Assembly: GCF_006345805.1 (NCBI RefSeq)
Contig: NC_043021.1
Location: forward strand, 16,430,001 to 16,494,000
Direction: 5' to 3'
Length of the DNA stretch: 64,000 nt
DNA from: Octopus sinensis
Taxonomy: Eukaryota
Shown: positions 26,156 through 39,452 of the stretch, one piece after another
Layout: the number at the start of each line of letters is the position of its first letter
Numbering within the stretch: the first letter of the stretch is position 1
Position numbers and translations under genes: made by a program
Notes under the pieces: model-generated
The model's database searches: none
What the model was told of the DNA's origin: nothing
The model's input: the letters and a program-made list of their open reading frames with translations, nothing else

Positions 26156-26539
26156 ATATAGGAAAAATATTAGTTGAAAACGCATTGAAAATAGTTGAAA
26201 TATTTTTTGTTAATATAGTTGGAGTTCCATATATTATTTGAAACAAGTTAACATGTACTGAATCAAACTGTTTTGAATTATTTGTGAGTAGTAGTAGTAG
26301 TAGTAGTAGTGGTGTATGTTTATGTGTATATACATTGGGAGCGGGGTATCACACATGCCCATATGGACATTAAATGGTCATGATGTGTATAATGAACTTA
26401 TCGTAAGCAGTGCTCTGTTGTTGCATTACAACTCATCAGAAGAGGTAACCGAAAGGGCATGTGCAAATATGCAGAATAATGCGCAGAAAGTGAAAAGTGA
26501 ATGAGTTGTTTCAACAAAAAAAAAAAGAAAGAAAGAAAG

Positions 26540-26660
26540 AAACGTTGGTGGTGGTGGTGTGGGGACCATCAAGTGTACAGTTGGCGAATTTCTGGGAGCA
26601 TGGAAGTTTAGAAGGATGTAGTACCTTGACAGCTAACAACTGATATGGATAGTTTATTCT
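26540..26660 (-). mobile_element. CR1 3' fragment, degraded
   Basis: Similar to 7480-7560 and 28850-28940. Confidence 0.6.
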
Positions 26661-26687
26661 AAGCTATGTGGATTTTCTTTCTTTCTT

Positions 26688-26891
26688 TTATTCCTTTACT
26701 TGTTTCAGTCATTTGACTGCGGCCATGCTGGAGCACCACCTTTAGTCGAGCAGGTCGACCCCGGGACTTATTCTTTGTAAGCCCAGTACTTATTCTACCA
26801 GTCTCTTTTGCCGAACCGCTAAGTGACGGGGATGTAAACACACCAGCATCGGTTGTCAAGCAATGCTAGGGGGACAAACACACACACACAA

Positions 26892-26930
<39 letters not shown>

Positions 26931-27101
26931 CATATATACGACAGGCTTCTTTCCGTTTCCATCTACCAAATCCACTCACAAGGCTTTGGTCAGCCCGGGG
27001 CTATAGCAGAAGACACTTGCCCAAGATGCCACGCAGTGGGACTGAACCCGGAACCATGTGGTTGGTTAGCAAGCTACTTACCACACAGCCACTCCTGCGC
27101 C
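26688..27101 (-). mobile_element. SINE family A, full length
   Basis: Near identical to 21197-21596. Confidence 0.9.
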
Positions 27102-27119
27102 TGTGTATATATATATATA

Positions 27120-27560
27120 TATTGTGTGTATATAAAACAAAATATTTGGGCTGGAAATGGCCAGTTTAACCCTTCAGCATTCAGATAACTTTGTCAAATG
27201 TAATGCTTATTTATTCATATTGCTTTGAATTAATCCTGCATTATCTCCTAGTTTTGAGATTTTAATGATGAAATTGTATATTTTTAGAATGACATTGTAG
27301 GATAGGTGAGAAAGGCCAAATCCGGTCAGTTTGAACATAAAACAAATAGAATATTTGGGTCGGATATGGCCAGTTTAAACCTTTAGTATTCAAATATAAT
27401 TCTTATTTAGTCATCTAGAATCTTGTAGCTTCAATATTTCAATGATTTGATTGTTTAGGAATGACATTGTAGGGTAGGTGTGAGAGACTGGATCCGGTCC
27501 ATTTGGCCATATAACAGGTAGAATATTTGGGCCTCATATGGCCAGTTTAAATGCTAAAGA
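27120..27560. mobile_element. Nested piggyBac-like MITE fragments
   Basis: TTAA|CCCTTCAGCATT at 27166; homologous to 55045-55266. Confidence 0.55.
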
Positions 27561-27780
27561 CCCACAGGCATGTTTCTAGGAAATAGTTTTTAGTGCATTA
27601 AAGTTTATGGGAAGCCCAAGTTCACATATAGGATCCATGGTTACTTTTTGTGGCATCGTTTTTGGTTAAAAAAAAAAGGGGCATTTTGTCTGTCATGAAA
27701 TATATTAAATTTTAGTAAAGGAGCTCGGAAGAATTTGTGGGTGTACATGTCACTTTGTATATGTGTGTTTATGTTTCATT

Positions 27781-28070
27781 ACTCTCTCTCTTTACTCTTT
27801 TACTTGTTTCAGTCATTTGACTGCGGCCATGCTGGAGCACCACCTTTAGTCGAGCAAATCGACCCCGGGACTTATTCTTTGTAAGCCCAGTATTTATTCT
27901 ATCGGTCTCTTTTGCCGAACCGCTAAGTGACGGGGATGTAAACACACCAGCATCGGTTGTCAAGCAATGCTAGGGGGACAAACACTTGCCCAAGATGCCA
28001 CGTAGTGGGACTGAACCCAGAACCATGTGGTTGGTAAACAAGCTACTTACCACACAGCCACTCCTGCGCC
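27781..28070 (-). mobile_element. SINE family A with internal deletion
   Basis: Tail and head present, central part missing. Confidence 0.85.
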
Positions 28071-28379
28071 ATTGTTTTATTTGTATCAGTCAGACTGTTG
28101 CCATACTGGGGCAGTGCCTTGAAGAATTTTAGTCAAATGTATCAACTCCAGTACTTCTTTTTGAAAGCTTGGTACTTATTCCATCAATCACTTTTGCCAT
28201 CCCGCTAAGTTATGGAGATATAGGCACATCAGTATTGGTTGTCAAGTGGCGGTGGGGGACAAACAGACACATATGGATATATCATCATCATACGTCCACT
28301 TTCCATGCTAGCATGGGTTAGACAGTTTGACTGCAAATGATAAACCAGAAGGCTGCACTTGGTTCCACTCTGGTTTATA

Positions 28380-28650
28380 TCATCATCATCGTTTAATGTC
28401 CGCTTTCCATGCTAGCATGGGTTGGACGATTTGACTGCGGACTGGCAAACCAGATGGCTACACCAGACTCCAATCTGATCTGGCAGAGTTTCTACAGCTG
28501 GATGCCCTTCCTAATGCCTACCACTCCGTGAGGGTAGTGGTTGCTCTTACGTGCCACCGGCACGAGGGCCAGTCAGGTGGTACTGGCAATGACCACGCTC
28601 AAATGGTGCTTTTTATATGCCACCTGCACAGGAGCCAGTCTAGCGGCACT
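28380..28650 (-). mobile_element. SINE family D (core GTTAGGAAGGGCATCCAGCTGTAGAAAC, (ATG)n tail)
   Basis: Copies also at ~29500, 35705, 43105, 45315, 47330, 55270, 57730, 59330 and 61424. Confidence 0.75.
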
Positions 28651-28694
28651 ATGTATGTATATATATATATATATACATAATAATAATGATATTA

Positions 28695-29120
28695 TAATAA
28701 TAATAATAATGAAATTGTTATATACAGTGCTCAGGTGCACCACAACTTGTCAAAAGTGCATATAAAGCATATGCAGTAATGTACAAATATCTGGGAAGTG
28801 AACAATGTATGAGTCAGATACATGCTTGTGTGTGTATGGAGGGGAGAAAATCAGGTGTAGTGTTGGCGAATCTCAGGAAGCATGGAGGTTTTGAAGGATG
28901 CAGTGCTCCGACAACTAACAACTGATGCCGGCAGTTTGTTCCATGCTTCAGCAACTCTCAGCGTAAAAAAATGTTTCTGAAAGTCATGGGAGCTGTGCTG
29001 TTTTCTGACTTTGTAAACATGTCCACGGGTGTTAGACAGGTGGAGTTTGAAAAGGTGCTCAGAGTTATTGTTAGTAAGATGGTTAATAATTTTATGGGTG
29101 TCTGCCAAATCAGCTGCCAG
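28695..29120 (-). mobile_element. CR1-clade LINE 3' end
   Basis: HLFKLHLSNTRGHVYKVRKQHSSHDFQKHFFTLRVAEAWNKLPASVVSCRSTASFK; (ATT)n tail. Confidence 0.85.
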
Positions 29121-29719
29121 ACGTATATGATAGGCTTCTTTCAGTTTCTGTCTACTACAATTAACTGGACATCTAATCTGGTCACTTGACACAGTAAACT
29201 TTTATTTGGTGTTATTTTACAATTAAGCTTTAGCAAATAAAAACTGTAGAGTAGCACAAGAGTGAAAGAGAAGAATTGAGGTGGTGTTGAGGGTAGAAGA
29301 GATGAAAATATGGAGAAGGAACAACTGCCTGGTGGATATGAATGTCTCATTAAAATTGTGAAGAAAGTAGATCATCTATGAAGAACTGAGAAGCTTGTCT
29401 TAACCTGCTTTGCCCCACCCTTCTCTCATACTCTCACCCTTTATCCCTTAGCATAAAACTAACCCCACTTTCAGAGTTTCTAGCCATGCATGCTGCATGG
29501 TGACCTCAATAGCACTGGTGGCATAAAAATGCACCCAGTACACATTGTAAAATGGTTGGGATTAGTAAGGGCATCAGCTGTAGAAACCATTCCAAAAGAC
29601 ATTGGAGCACAATGCTGTCCTTGGACCCAACGGATCTTGTCTAATCATCTAACCCTTGCCAGCATGAAACATAGATGTTAAATGATGATAATTGTAATGA
29701 TTAAACCAACTGGTGTTTG

Positions 29720-30095
29720 ATAAGTTTGGTCAAGGTGACCAAACTATTCAAAATGAACTGTTATCAATGAGATTAGCTGAGATCTTGTATCATACATACT
29801 GCCATAGATCTAGACTCTTGGAACGGTTGTGAATAGGGAAATGTGTCATTTAAATCATGTGTGAACTTCAGACAGCAACAGGAAATCAAGTTTTAAAAAT
29901 GATAAATGTTGATACTTCTCACGAAACAGCCAAATGTTGCCAATACTTATCACCAGACCAGAATAAAGTAGTTTTCTAAATGCAAATTCTGTGGTTATGT
30001 ACATGACTGTTTGATAAAGGAGAGAAAAAAAAAAATGTCCTGCGTTTGAAAATGAAATGCCAATTATGCAACAGTAAAAAAAAAATGTGCTTTCA
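29720..30095 (+). pseudogene. Degenerate LTR-retrotransposon (Gypsy-like) gag fragment
   Basis: CKFCGYVH...CPAFEN then frameshifted KCQLCNSK from 29981 resembles the CxxCGxxH...CPA...CxxC gag knuckle array. Confidence 0.4.
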
Positions 30096-30959
30096 ACAAT
30101 TTATTTAAAAGCAGGAAATGTTGATTAAATTGATGATTAAATCTCTGCGATTGAAACAAATGGGTAGGTGTAAGAGGCCAAATCTGACCAGTTTGAACAT
30201 AAAAAGAGTAAAATATTTGGGCTGGATATAGCCAGTTTAAGTGCTAAAGGGTTAAATGTATTTTGTTTTTAAGGCCCCTTGGAAATAGGCCCACAATCTG
30301 AAGTTATTTTGGACTGTGATAAAAATCATAGTCTTGTTGGAGTTGTAGTAAATAGTAATAGACAAAAATTGATTCCATTGTATCTGTTGGCCAAGATTTG
30401 GACAGAGGTTAGAGCATTCTCCACCTGCTAAAATTAGCAGTCAAATCTCCCTCAAATCACACCCTATCACCTTAGAAAAGTACATGTCGGATGTATTTCT
30501 GGGTTCTTGTGGGAAGAAAAAATGGTTGGATGGATATCGTCAAAATGCTTTTGATCATAGGCCCACTCAGTCAGGGCAGATTTAGGACTAAAGAACAACA
30601 ATACCAACAAAAATAGTCTCTTGAATTTGTAGGCCCTTTTCTTTTCATTCTTTGAGGTCCCTTACAACACGGTGGCCTCAAGCCTTATTTAGGACCAAAA
30701 CGTTTATAAAAAAATGTTTTGTAAAAGAGACCTGTGAGGTGAAGCTGGCCAGTTCTGTTCTTTCTGCATCTAAACTATCAGGGGCACATACTGCCCCCAA
30801 GTGCTCCCTCAGCAGCCCTCAATGGTCTTCTCTCTATAAATATAATAATTTTTTTCTTTGAATTGTGTTTTCCTTTTTTTAGTGCAACCCCTTAAAAAAA
30901 ATCCAGGTTTTTGATCTGGCGTGGATATTAAAAAGGTTGAGAATCATTTGTCTAAGCAC

Positions 30960-31190
30960 ATGGTTAGTCTACATTACTCTGTAAGGGACATAGGGCCAGC
31001 CTCCTGGTTTCTCTGGCATATCTATTCCTCCCTTGATGGGATGTTGCTGGTGTGTTGTAGGGTTACTCATTTTTGCCAGCCGAGTGAACTGCAGCAACGT
31101 GAAATGAAGTGTTTTGCTCAAGAACACAATGTATCTCCCGGTCAAAACCACAATTTTATTATCATGAGTCCAATACCCTAACCACTACAC
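30960..31190 (-). mobile_element. tRNA-derived SINE related to 40086-40335
   Basis: Shared gtgttcttgagcaaaacacttcatttcacgtt body. Confidence 0.6.
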
Positions 31191-31194
31191 CGTG

Positions 31195-31698
31195 TTCCTC
31201 CATATGCCATGGCGAGTCATGGCCAATGAGGGTGGAAGATATTAAGCAACTAGAATCCTTCGACCACCTCTGTCTACGCCGCATCCTTCGTGTCTGATGG
31301 CATCACTTTGTCTCCAGCAATTTGGTGTGACACCAGTGCAGAATCATCTCCCTCCAACAAATCATCCTAACTAGACGTCTGCGTTGGCTGGGTCGTGCCC
31401 TCCGTCGTCAACCAGGAGATTTCATCTATGAAGCAATTGACCCAGCTCCCCTTCAGGGTTGGTGAAAGCGATGTGGTGGACAACGAAAAACCTGGCTGAT
31501 GACAGTCAAGGCTGATCTGGAACCCAACCTAGGCCCCCATATCTACGACGTTCGCCACTGGAATAAGGAGTGGTTGGAGATTACGTGATTGTTAGCCTCA
31601 AATCGCCAGGTCTGGTCGGTGTTTGTGAGAGATGCAGCATTGAGGATGAATGAAGCCAGCTCAACCTACCCTGGGTGAATGCTGTCTCAAGACAAGAG
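31195..31698 (+). mobile_element. RTE-clade LINE 3' end, degenerate ORF2 C-terminus
   Basis: ESWPMRVEDIKQLESFDHLCLRRILRV...RRLRWLGRALRR...RCGGQRKTWL...NRQVW with in-frame stops. Confidence 0.85.
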
Positions 31699-32429
31699 AT
31701 ATGTCATGTGTCTAAACACATTTAATGCCAACTCCCCACCTCACTGCAAAACCCCACACACACACACACTCTCACAAAAATGGTATACAAAATGTCTTGC
31801 ATTAACATCACTACAATCACACATACCTGTAGAGTGGTAGACATCAGTGCACCATCAGGAATAATAAGCTATTGTGTTCGTTTATTGTGCGCTTTCTATG
31901 TTTTGCAAATAGCATAAAGATATTGTGTTTAAATGCATTGAATTTTAATCATTCTGTTTGGGACAGGGTGACATGACATTCTTGGGTGCAGTGTTTGAGA
32001 ATGGGGCAGTGAACCAGTCTTGCATTTTATTTAAGTCCGTAGTCGACATTTTGGCATAGACAATGTGCTCAACAAAAGGCCTCGTATTTTAACTGGCACT
32101 CCGTCGATTACGACAAGGGTTCCAGTCGGTCCAATCAACAGAACAGCCTGCTCGTGAAATTAATGTGTAACTGGCTGAGCACTCCACAGACACATGTGCC
32201 CTTAGTGTAGTTCTCAGGGAGATATGGCATGATACAGAATGTGACAAGGTTGGCTCTTTAAAATGCAAGTACTTTTCATTTTTGCCAGCTGAGTGGTCTG
32301 GAGCAATGTGAAAATGAAGTGCCTTGCTCAAGGCTACATGCCACTGGTTATTGAACTTATAACCTTACAATTGTGAGCTGATTACCCTAACCAATAAGCC
32401 ACAATTTATGTTTTGTTATGTTTGTTCCT

Positions 32430-32715
32430 TCTCGAGCCGTGCCTGGCTCATAAGAGCTGGTTTTCCGGTTTCTTTGGCGTATAGGTTCCCCACCTGGACG
32501 GGACGCCGGTCGTCGCAGGTGAGCTGCAAGATGCAGGAGGAAAGAGTGAGAGAAAGTTGTGGCAAAAGAGTCAGTAGAAGTTCACCATTACCTTCTGCCG
32601 GAGCCGCATGGAGCTTAGGTATTTCGCTCATAAACACACACATCGCCCGGTCTGAGATTCGAACCCACGATCCCTCGACTGCAAGTCCGCTGCTCTAATC
32701 ACTAGGCCATGTGCC
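32430..32715 (-). mobile_element. SINE family C-related copy
   Basis: Reverse complement of the 25772-type head; further copies at 32085-32400 and 36425-36725. Confidence 0.75.
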
Positions 32716-33924
32716 CCCACACACCCTCATTTACATTTCTGTGTCAAATGTAATGTTTATTTATTCACATTGTTTCCAATTAATCATGCATTTCTTGTAG
32801 CTTTGAGATTTTAATGATGTAACTGTTTAGAATGACATTGCTAGGTAAGTGTGAGAGGCCAGCTCTGGCCAGTTTGAATGTAAGAGGTAGATTATTTGAC
32901 AGGGTTAAGGCAGGGAGCTGGCAGAATGGTTAGCATATCCGACAAAATACTTTGTGATATTTCTTACAACTCTTTACATTCTGAGTTCAAATCTTGCCGA
33001 GGTCAGTTTTTTCTTTTCATCTTTTTAGGGTTGATAAAACCGGTACCAGTTACACACTGGGGCTGGGTGTAATCGACTAGCTCTCTCTCCAAAAATTTCA
33101 GTCTTTTTTGTGTCTGTAGGAGAAAGTCTCATCATCATTCATGATAATTGGAGAAAGGACATGTGACACCCCCATCAAATATGGATGGTCACTCTCCTCG
33201 GGTTTAGAGCACTGATAACATGGAATAATAGATGTGTGTGTGTGTGTGTGGGGGGGGGTGCGTGCCCCCCCCATACACACACACACACACCTGTTGGACC
33301 AATTTTATTTATATCAGTTGTATAAGAAGGTAAGATTGCATGACTTTACAAGCAATTATCAGATTTCTTTTTTTTTTTTTTTCTTCTTTATTCTTCCTAA
33401 GCCAAATCTGTTGGCTGAAAGGGACTCAGCAATCACACCATGTGACCCCTCTCAGTCACGCTCTCTCTTCCCTCCCCCCCCCTCTCTCTCTCTCTCAGAC
33501 TTAATTACAATACATTCCACTGCCTCTGCTTTAAACCCCCTCCCCCCCCACTGCTCTTCTAGCATCATCATCATCATCTCCCAAGTCCTTCAGCCTCCCG
33601 AACTAATCTATTTTTGTTCTGGGGTTTTCTTTCTAAATCTACTTTTTTTTATTTCCAAAACAAAAGAGAAAGTTCTAGAAACACTGCCAGTTGTCTTGTT
33701 TCTCACATCTTTGTTCTAACCACTTGTGGGCTTCTTCCACCTCCTCCTCCTCCTCTTCTTCTTCCACCTCCTCCTCCTCCTCTTCTTCTTCCTCTTTCTC
33801 TGCCTCCTCGTCCTCCTCACTTTATCTCTTGTGTAATTTTTTTTTGTATTTTTTTTTTGACCTGCCTCTTCCTTCAGGGTGAAATTATTAATCTCAAGCA
33901 TTTCTGATTCGTTTTTATAGTGTG

Positions 33925-34900
33925 CTGTGTGTGTGTGTGCGTGTGCGTGTGTGTGTGTGAGAGTGTGTGTGAGAGAGAGAGAGTGGTGTGTGAGAGTGTG
34001 TGTGTGAGAGAGAGTGTGTGTGTGTGTGTGAGAGAGTGTGTGTGTGTGAGAGTGTGTGTGTGTGTGAGAGAGAGTGTGTGTGTGTGAGTGTGTGTGTGTG
34101 TGTGAGAGAGAGAGTGTGTGTGTGTGTGTGAGAGAGTGTGTGTGTGAGAGAGAGTGTGTGTGTGAGAGAGAGTGTGTGTGTGTGAGAGAGAGTGTGTGTG
34201 TGAGAGAGAGTGTGTGTGTGAGTGTGTGTGTGTGTGTGAGAGAGAGAGAGTGTGTGTGTGTGTGGTGAGAGTGTGTGTGTGTGTGTGTGTGTGAGAGTGG
34301 TGTGTGTGTGTGTGAGTGTGTGTGTGAGAGAGAGAGAGTGTGTGTGAGAGAGAGTGTGTGTGTGTGAGAGTGTGTGTGTGGAGAGAGAGTGTGTGTGTGT
34401 GAGAGAGAGAGTGTGTGTGTTGTGTGTGTGTGTGTGTGTGAGAGAGTGTGTGTGTGTGTGAGAGAGAGTGTGTGGTGAGTGTGTGTGTGTGTGAGAGAGA
34501 GAGAGAGTGTGTGTGTGTGTGTGGTGAGAGTGTGTGTGTGTGTGTGTGTGTGAGAGTGTGGTGTGTGTGTGAGTGTGTGTGTGTGAGAGAGAGAGAGAGT
34601 GTGTGTGAGAGAGAGTGTGTGTGTGTGAGAGTGTGTGTGTGAGAGAGAGTGTGTGTGTGTGAGAGAGAGTGTGGTGTGTGTGTGTGAGAGAGAGAGTGTG
34701 TGTGTGTGTGTGAGTGTGTGTGTGTGTGAGAGAGTGAGAGTGTGTGTGAGAGTGAGTGAGAAAGAATGTGTACATGTGTATGAGAATGTGCATGAGTGTG
34801 TGAGTGAATGTGTGCCTGTGTGTGTATGTGTGAGAGAGAGAGAGAGAGAGAGTGTGTGTGTGAGACTGAGAGTGAGTGTGAGACTGTGTTTGTGAGAGAG
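33925..34900. repeat. About 1-kb compound (GT)n/(GA)n microsatellite
   Basis: Direct inspection. Confidence 0.95.
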
Positions 34901-35227
34901 GGAAAGCGAGGGCTGAAACTGTGTGTGTGTGCATGAGTATTTATGTGAGAGAGTGCGAAGGAGTGAGTCGATGTGTGTGTGTGTGTGTGTGTTTATTCTT
35001 AGTAACAACCATTTGTGTTGTTCATTGTGTCTTTTATTCAATTTCATTCAACATTTATAAAGTGATTTTTAGCATTGAAAACAAAAGACAAACAAAACAC
35101 CATACCATCAAAAGGATGCAGTTATTAATTAATTAATGAGGCCTGATGATATTAATTTGTAAAAATAATTATTATTGCTGATTTAGGCACAAGGCCTGCA
35201 ATTTTGAAGGGGGTGGGCATTACTCAA

Positions 35228-35447
35228 TACCTATTTCTTTATTGCCCACAAGGGGCTAAACATAGAGGGGACAAACATGGACAGACATAGGTATTAAGTT
35301 GATTACATCGACCCCAGTGCATAACTGGTACTTAATTTATCGACCCTGAAAAGGATAAAAGGCAAAGTCAACCTCGGCGGAATTTGAACTCACAACGTAA
35401 CGGTAGCCGAAATACCGCTAAGCATTTCGCCCGACGTGTTAACGTTT
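35228..35447 (-). mobile_element. SINE family B
   Basis: Matches 4750-4982. Confidence 0.85.
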
Positions 35448-35904
35448 CCCCAGTACTTGACTGGTACTGTTTTGTCAACTCTGGAGGGGGTGAAAACAAA
35501 GTTGGCTCCATCAGGAAATGAACTCAGAACCACAGTAATGCAAAGTATTTTTTTTTTGATGCACCATCAATTAATAACAGATAATGGTTTCAGGTCTTTG
35601 GCATGAGGCCAGCGAATGTAGTGGGTAGGGGTTCTTCGACTACATTGACCCCATACACACTGTGCTTGATGAATGCTTTATTTTATTGACCCGGAAAGGT
35701 GCCAGATAAAAGGACCCATACTGGTGCTGCGTAAAAGCACTCTGGAAAGTGGTTGGCATTAGGAAGGCTATCCAGCCATAGAAACCATATCAAAATAGAC
35801 ATGGAGCCTGGGCAGCCCTCCAACTGGCCATCTCCTGTCAATCCATCCAAGCCATGCCAGCATGAAAACTGAACATTAAGTGATGATGATGTATAAGATA
35901 GTTG

Positions 35905-36330
35905 AGTTAAGTTAATTTTTTGGCGCAAAAAGCAAGGCCATGTAGGGGGACATGGAGTTATGTACAGGGTGGTGTTCATGCAAAGAGTTCAGGCCATTTC
36001 TGGTCAAGAGAGACTTTGAACCGAGCGGTCGTCGGCATCTTCACTATCTCATCCAGCAGCTTATTCTACGGACCTGCAACCCAGACAGAGAAAGCCCCTC
36101 TCCTTCGATTGAGATGAAATCATCGCAGATAGAGCTTTTCGGAGTGACACCGCAGCCGACGCTCTGGAGCAGGAGTGAAGATGAGCTTGTCTTATTCTGA
36201 AATGTAACTAAAAATTGCCATGCATTTAATGCAACCATATTCTAGATTGATTCTACGATAACTTAGGTAACTTAGATGCGTTTTGGCCAAAGACTGGTGC
36301 AGGCCATGTCTAACAACTTAATAGCACCAC
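35905..36330 (-). mobile_element. CR1-clade LINE 3' end, second subfamily
   Basis: RRLRCHSEKLYLR*FHLNRRRGAFSVWVAGP*NKLLDEIVKMPTTARFKVSLDQKWPELFA*. Confidence 0.8.
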
Positions 36331-36724
36331 CTGATAGGATCTGTTAAGTCATTTGTAAGGTAGGTTTTATGGTATCGTGGCCTATTCAAGTGGGGAGTTG
36401 TTGTTGATTCAGATGTATCCAGGTCATCATCATCATGTGACCGACCAGGCTATCAGATGTTGCTACACGTTGCTGGTCACAATGCGCTTCACATTGTTTT
36501 AGCCTTCAATTGACGCCACCTCGCTGGCTAAGCGGGCAGGCCTACAGAAGAAAGAGTGAGAGGAAGTTGCGGCAAAAGAGTACAGCAGGGTTCACCACCA
36601 CTCTCCGCCGGAGCCTTGTGGAGCTTTAGGTGTTTACACTCAATAAACACTCACAACGCCCGGTCTGGGAATGGAAACCACGATCCTACAACTGCAAATC
36701 CTCTGCCCTAACCACTGGGCCATT

Positions 36725-36900
36725 GCTGTATCCAGGTATAGGTGACTTATCTGGTATCCCTTGAAGACATTTGTCCGGGTTTTGTTTGAAGGTAATGAAA
36801 TCTTTTTCTTTGATTTCTTTTGGGATAATGTTAAATAGAGCAGAGCCTATTGAGGAAAAGAAACTGGTGTTGTGAGATTGAATTGTGTAGAGGTCATATG
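36725..36900 (-). mobile_element. CR1-group LINE C-terminal fragment
   Basis: SIGSALFNIIPKEIK...FKQNPDKCLQGIPDKSPIPGY resembles GP.LFN.LP..I...FK..LD..L..IPD.P..PGY. Confidence 0.65.
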
Positions 36901-39039
36901 GCATGTGGCCCCATTAAAGGTCATATGGCATGTGGTGGCCCCAGCCTTGGATGAATTCTCAGTCGGATGTCAAGTTCATTTGAGCAAGGCTGGTGGTATA
37001 TTCTCCACATTGGTGCAAATGATTCAGTGCTCAGTGTATGGATTGAACTGAATTGAACCAGTTTCAGCTCACGAGCTGTGTGGCCATGCTGGAGCATTGC
37101 CATTTAAAAAAATGTGCCAACCACCAGATGTCGGAACCCAGGATCGAACCAGGGAAGATCTTCACTCTAACGCTCTCCCAACTGACCAAAATTCAGCTGA
37201 TGAACCATATTAAAATTGGGCGGGGTTTCTTCACCAAAAAAAAGTAGAGGGGTTTGTCTTGTGCGAGAGTGCACCTCATGTACTAATAGATGCAATATGC
37301 CTGGCATTAATTTAATAAAAGTTTGTGGATATTGATTTAGAAAGTGTTTATGCAGACCACATTTGGCATTGTAGGAAACTGTGGCAGTGAATCAAAAAAA
37401 CACAAGAGCTGTACACCAAATCATTGAAACCAGTTTATAAATTTAGCTTATTTCATGCAACATCTGGACTCGTTTTACTGTATATTTTCTGATCATAATC
37501 TCCATTGTTAGACTGCTGTTCTCTCCTTCACTGCCACCTCTCCCCACCGCCATTTCTTTTGTTTGTTTATTCCCTACATGGTTCAGGTGCTCCCTTCCCT
37601 TATCTTCTCCTTCCTCTCCCTATCTCTCTCCCTGATTTTTCTCTTCCTCTCTTCTCTTTTCTCTCCCTTCCTTCTCCTCTATCCTACTCTTCTCTCTTTC
37701 TTTCCCTCCCTTCTCCTTCCTCTCTCTCTCTCTCCCTGATTTTTCTCTCCTCCTCTTCCCATTCTTCAATCTTTTTCTCCTTTCTCTCCTCTTCCTTCTT
37801 CTCCCACCCACTCCTCTCTCTTCCTTTCTCTCCCTTCTCTCAATTCCCCTTTTCCACCTCTTCTTCCTCTACCTTCTCCCTCCCTCCCTTGTTCCTCTTC
37901 TCCATCTCTCTTCTTTCTGTCTCCCTCCTCCCCTTTCTCTCCTCCTTTTCTTCTCCCTCCCACTTTTCCACCTCCCTTCTTTACATCTTGACCACAGATG
38001 TCACTAGGAGTCAGCATTGTATATTTACAGTTGATAAGTCTGACAGATATTAACTAAAATAGAGATTTCAACCACTCACTGTGCTGAGCTGTCCTTAATA
38101 CTGATTTTTATCAGTGTTTGTCTCTTCTTATTTGAACTCAGACCATAGGAGAGCATTCAAGTGATTCTGATGTCCATCACACTAGTAGCAGTAGCAGCAG
38201 CAGTAGTAGTTTTAAACAACATGCTGCGTGATTGACCAAGCTATCCAATGCCAGCCTGAAGATAATGGACATGAAAACTGTTCAGATTGGCTGAAGAAGA
38301 CACCTTCTCCTCTGCTAGCCTGTCCTGGTTGAGCAGGCCTGTGATCAAAATCATTCCAGTTGTGACCAATAATATGTCCCTTCTATTAAAATTTTTTTTT
38401 TTAGACAGGGGAAAGATCTGAAGGTAATTTAGCTATGACTTTTAGCTGGTTGAGTGAATGCAGAGCAGCTCCCTTGTGGGTTTGAAGCCCTCGGTGGGTA
38501 GTGTGTTTAGTTTTTATATTGAGGGGAACAAAGGAGCCTTGCATAGTTACTTGATGTGTTCAAAATAGGGAGAGAGAACAAGGAAAAGATCTTCAAACTG
38601 AAGAAATAACCTAAATATTTACAACAGCATCGATCCAGTTAAAGGCTCCCAAGGACCCAATTGATGGTCAGCCATGGCTGATAGAAGTAATTTTCAAAAT
38701 TCACCATGTCTAGGTACTTACCTGCACTCAGAAAGTGAAATCTCTAGCTGCTACCCTCATGATAGAAAATTTGTTTTAGCAATGTGGTCTTCCTCATCTT
38801 TTGGCCAGAGAACCAAAAACATGTACACAGGTGCAGTTGGTCCCCCTCAGCCACAGACACAATCATAACCTGGGAGGCAACTATTTTTTCCTTCCTAGAA
38901 AATGTTATAGCGTTTCACTTATCACTACTGCCAAGCTAACCAGGGCTGTACATTCCCCTCCGGCATAAAAGAGGCCATGTTCTTCTGGCTGGCATATCTG
39001 GAGAGTCATCAGTATTACTAATTGCAAAAAAAAGGTAGT

Positions 39040-39245
39040 GAGCTGGTAGAATTGTTAGCATGCTGAGAAAAATGCTTAGTAGTATTTCATCCATCTGTAC
39101 ATTCTGAGTTCAAATTCCACTGAGGTCAACTTTGCCTTTCATCTTTTCGGGGTCAATAAATTAAGTACCAGTTGAGGCCTGAGGTCAATGTTATCAACTT
39201 ACCCCCTCCCAAAAAATTGCTGGCCTTGTGCTAATGTTTGAACCC
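39040..39245 (+). mobile_element. SINE family B, CpG-decayed
   Basis: ccactgaggtcaac in place of ccgccgaggtcgac. Confidence 0.8.
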
Positions 39246-39394
39246 AATACTGCTAATTGCAATGGTATAGATGCAAAGCCAGTGGTTACTTTCTGGCTGA
39301 TTATATGCCATAGCCAGGAATATACATCTCGACTATAAAAGTATGTATGTATGTGTGTGTGTTGTGTGTGTATTTATGTGTGAATGTATATATA

Positions 39395-39427
<33 letters not shown>

Positions 39428-39452
39428 TATATATATATAATATATATATATA

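Noticed and set aside
31827-31868. Minus-strand 42-nt open segment LIIPDGALMSTTLQ with a gtatgt donor
   Set aside because: Acceptor lacks a polypyrimidine tract and no homology recognised.
33878-33907. Strong + strand acceptor ccttcag| followed by GEIINLKHF*
   Set aside because: Immediate stop and no AGTRAP similarity; the true exon 2 is at 50844.
37998-38054. accacag|ATG... after a long CT tract (MSLGVSIVYLQLISLTDIN*)
   Set aside because: Short, ends in a stop, has no donor or homology; the pyrimidine tract is low-complexity repeat.
38722-38869. Minus-strand exon-like segment with a cag|gtaagt donor
   Set aside because: Stops in all three frames from the best acceptor; no recognisable product.
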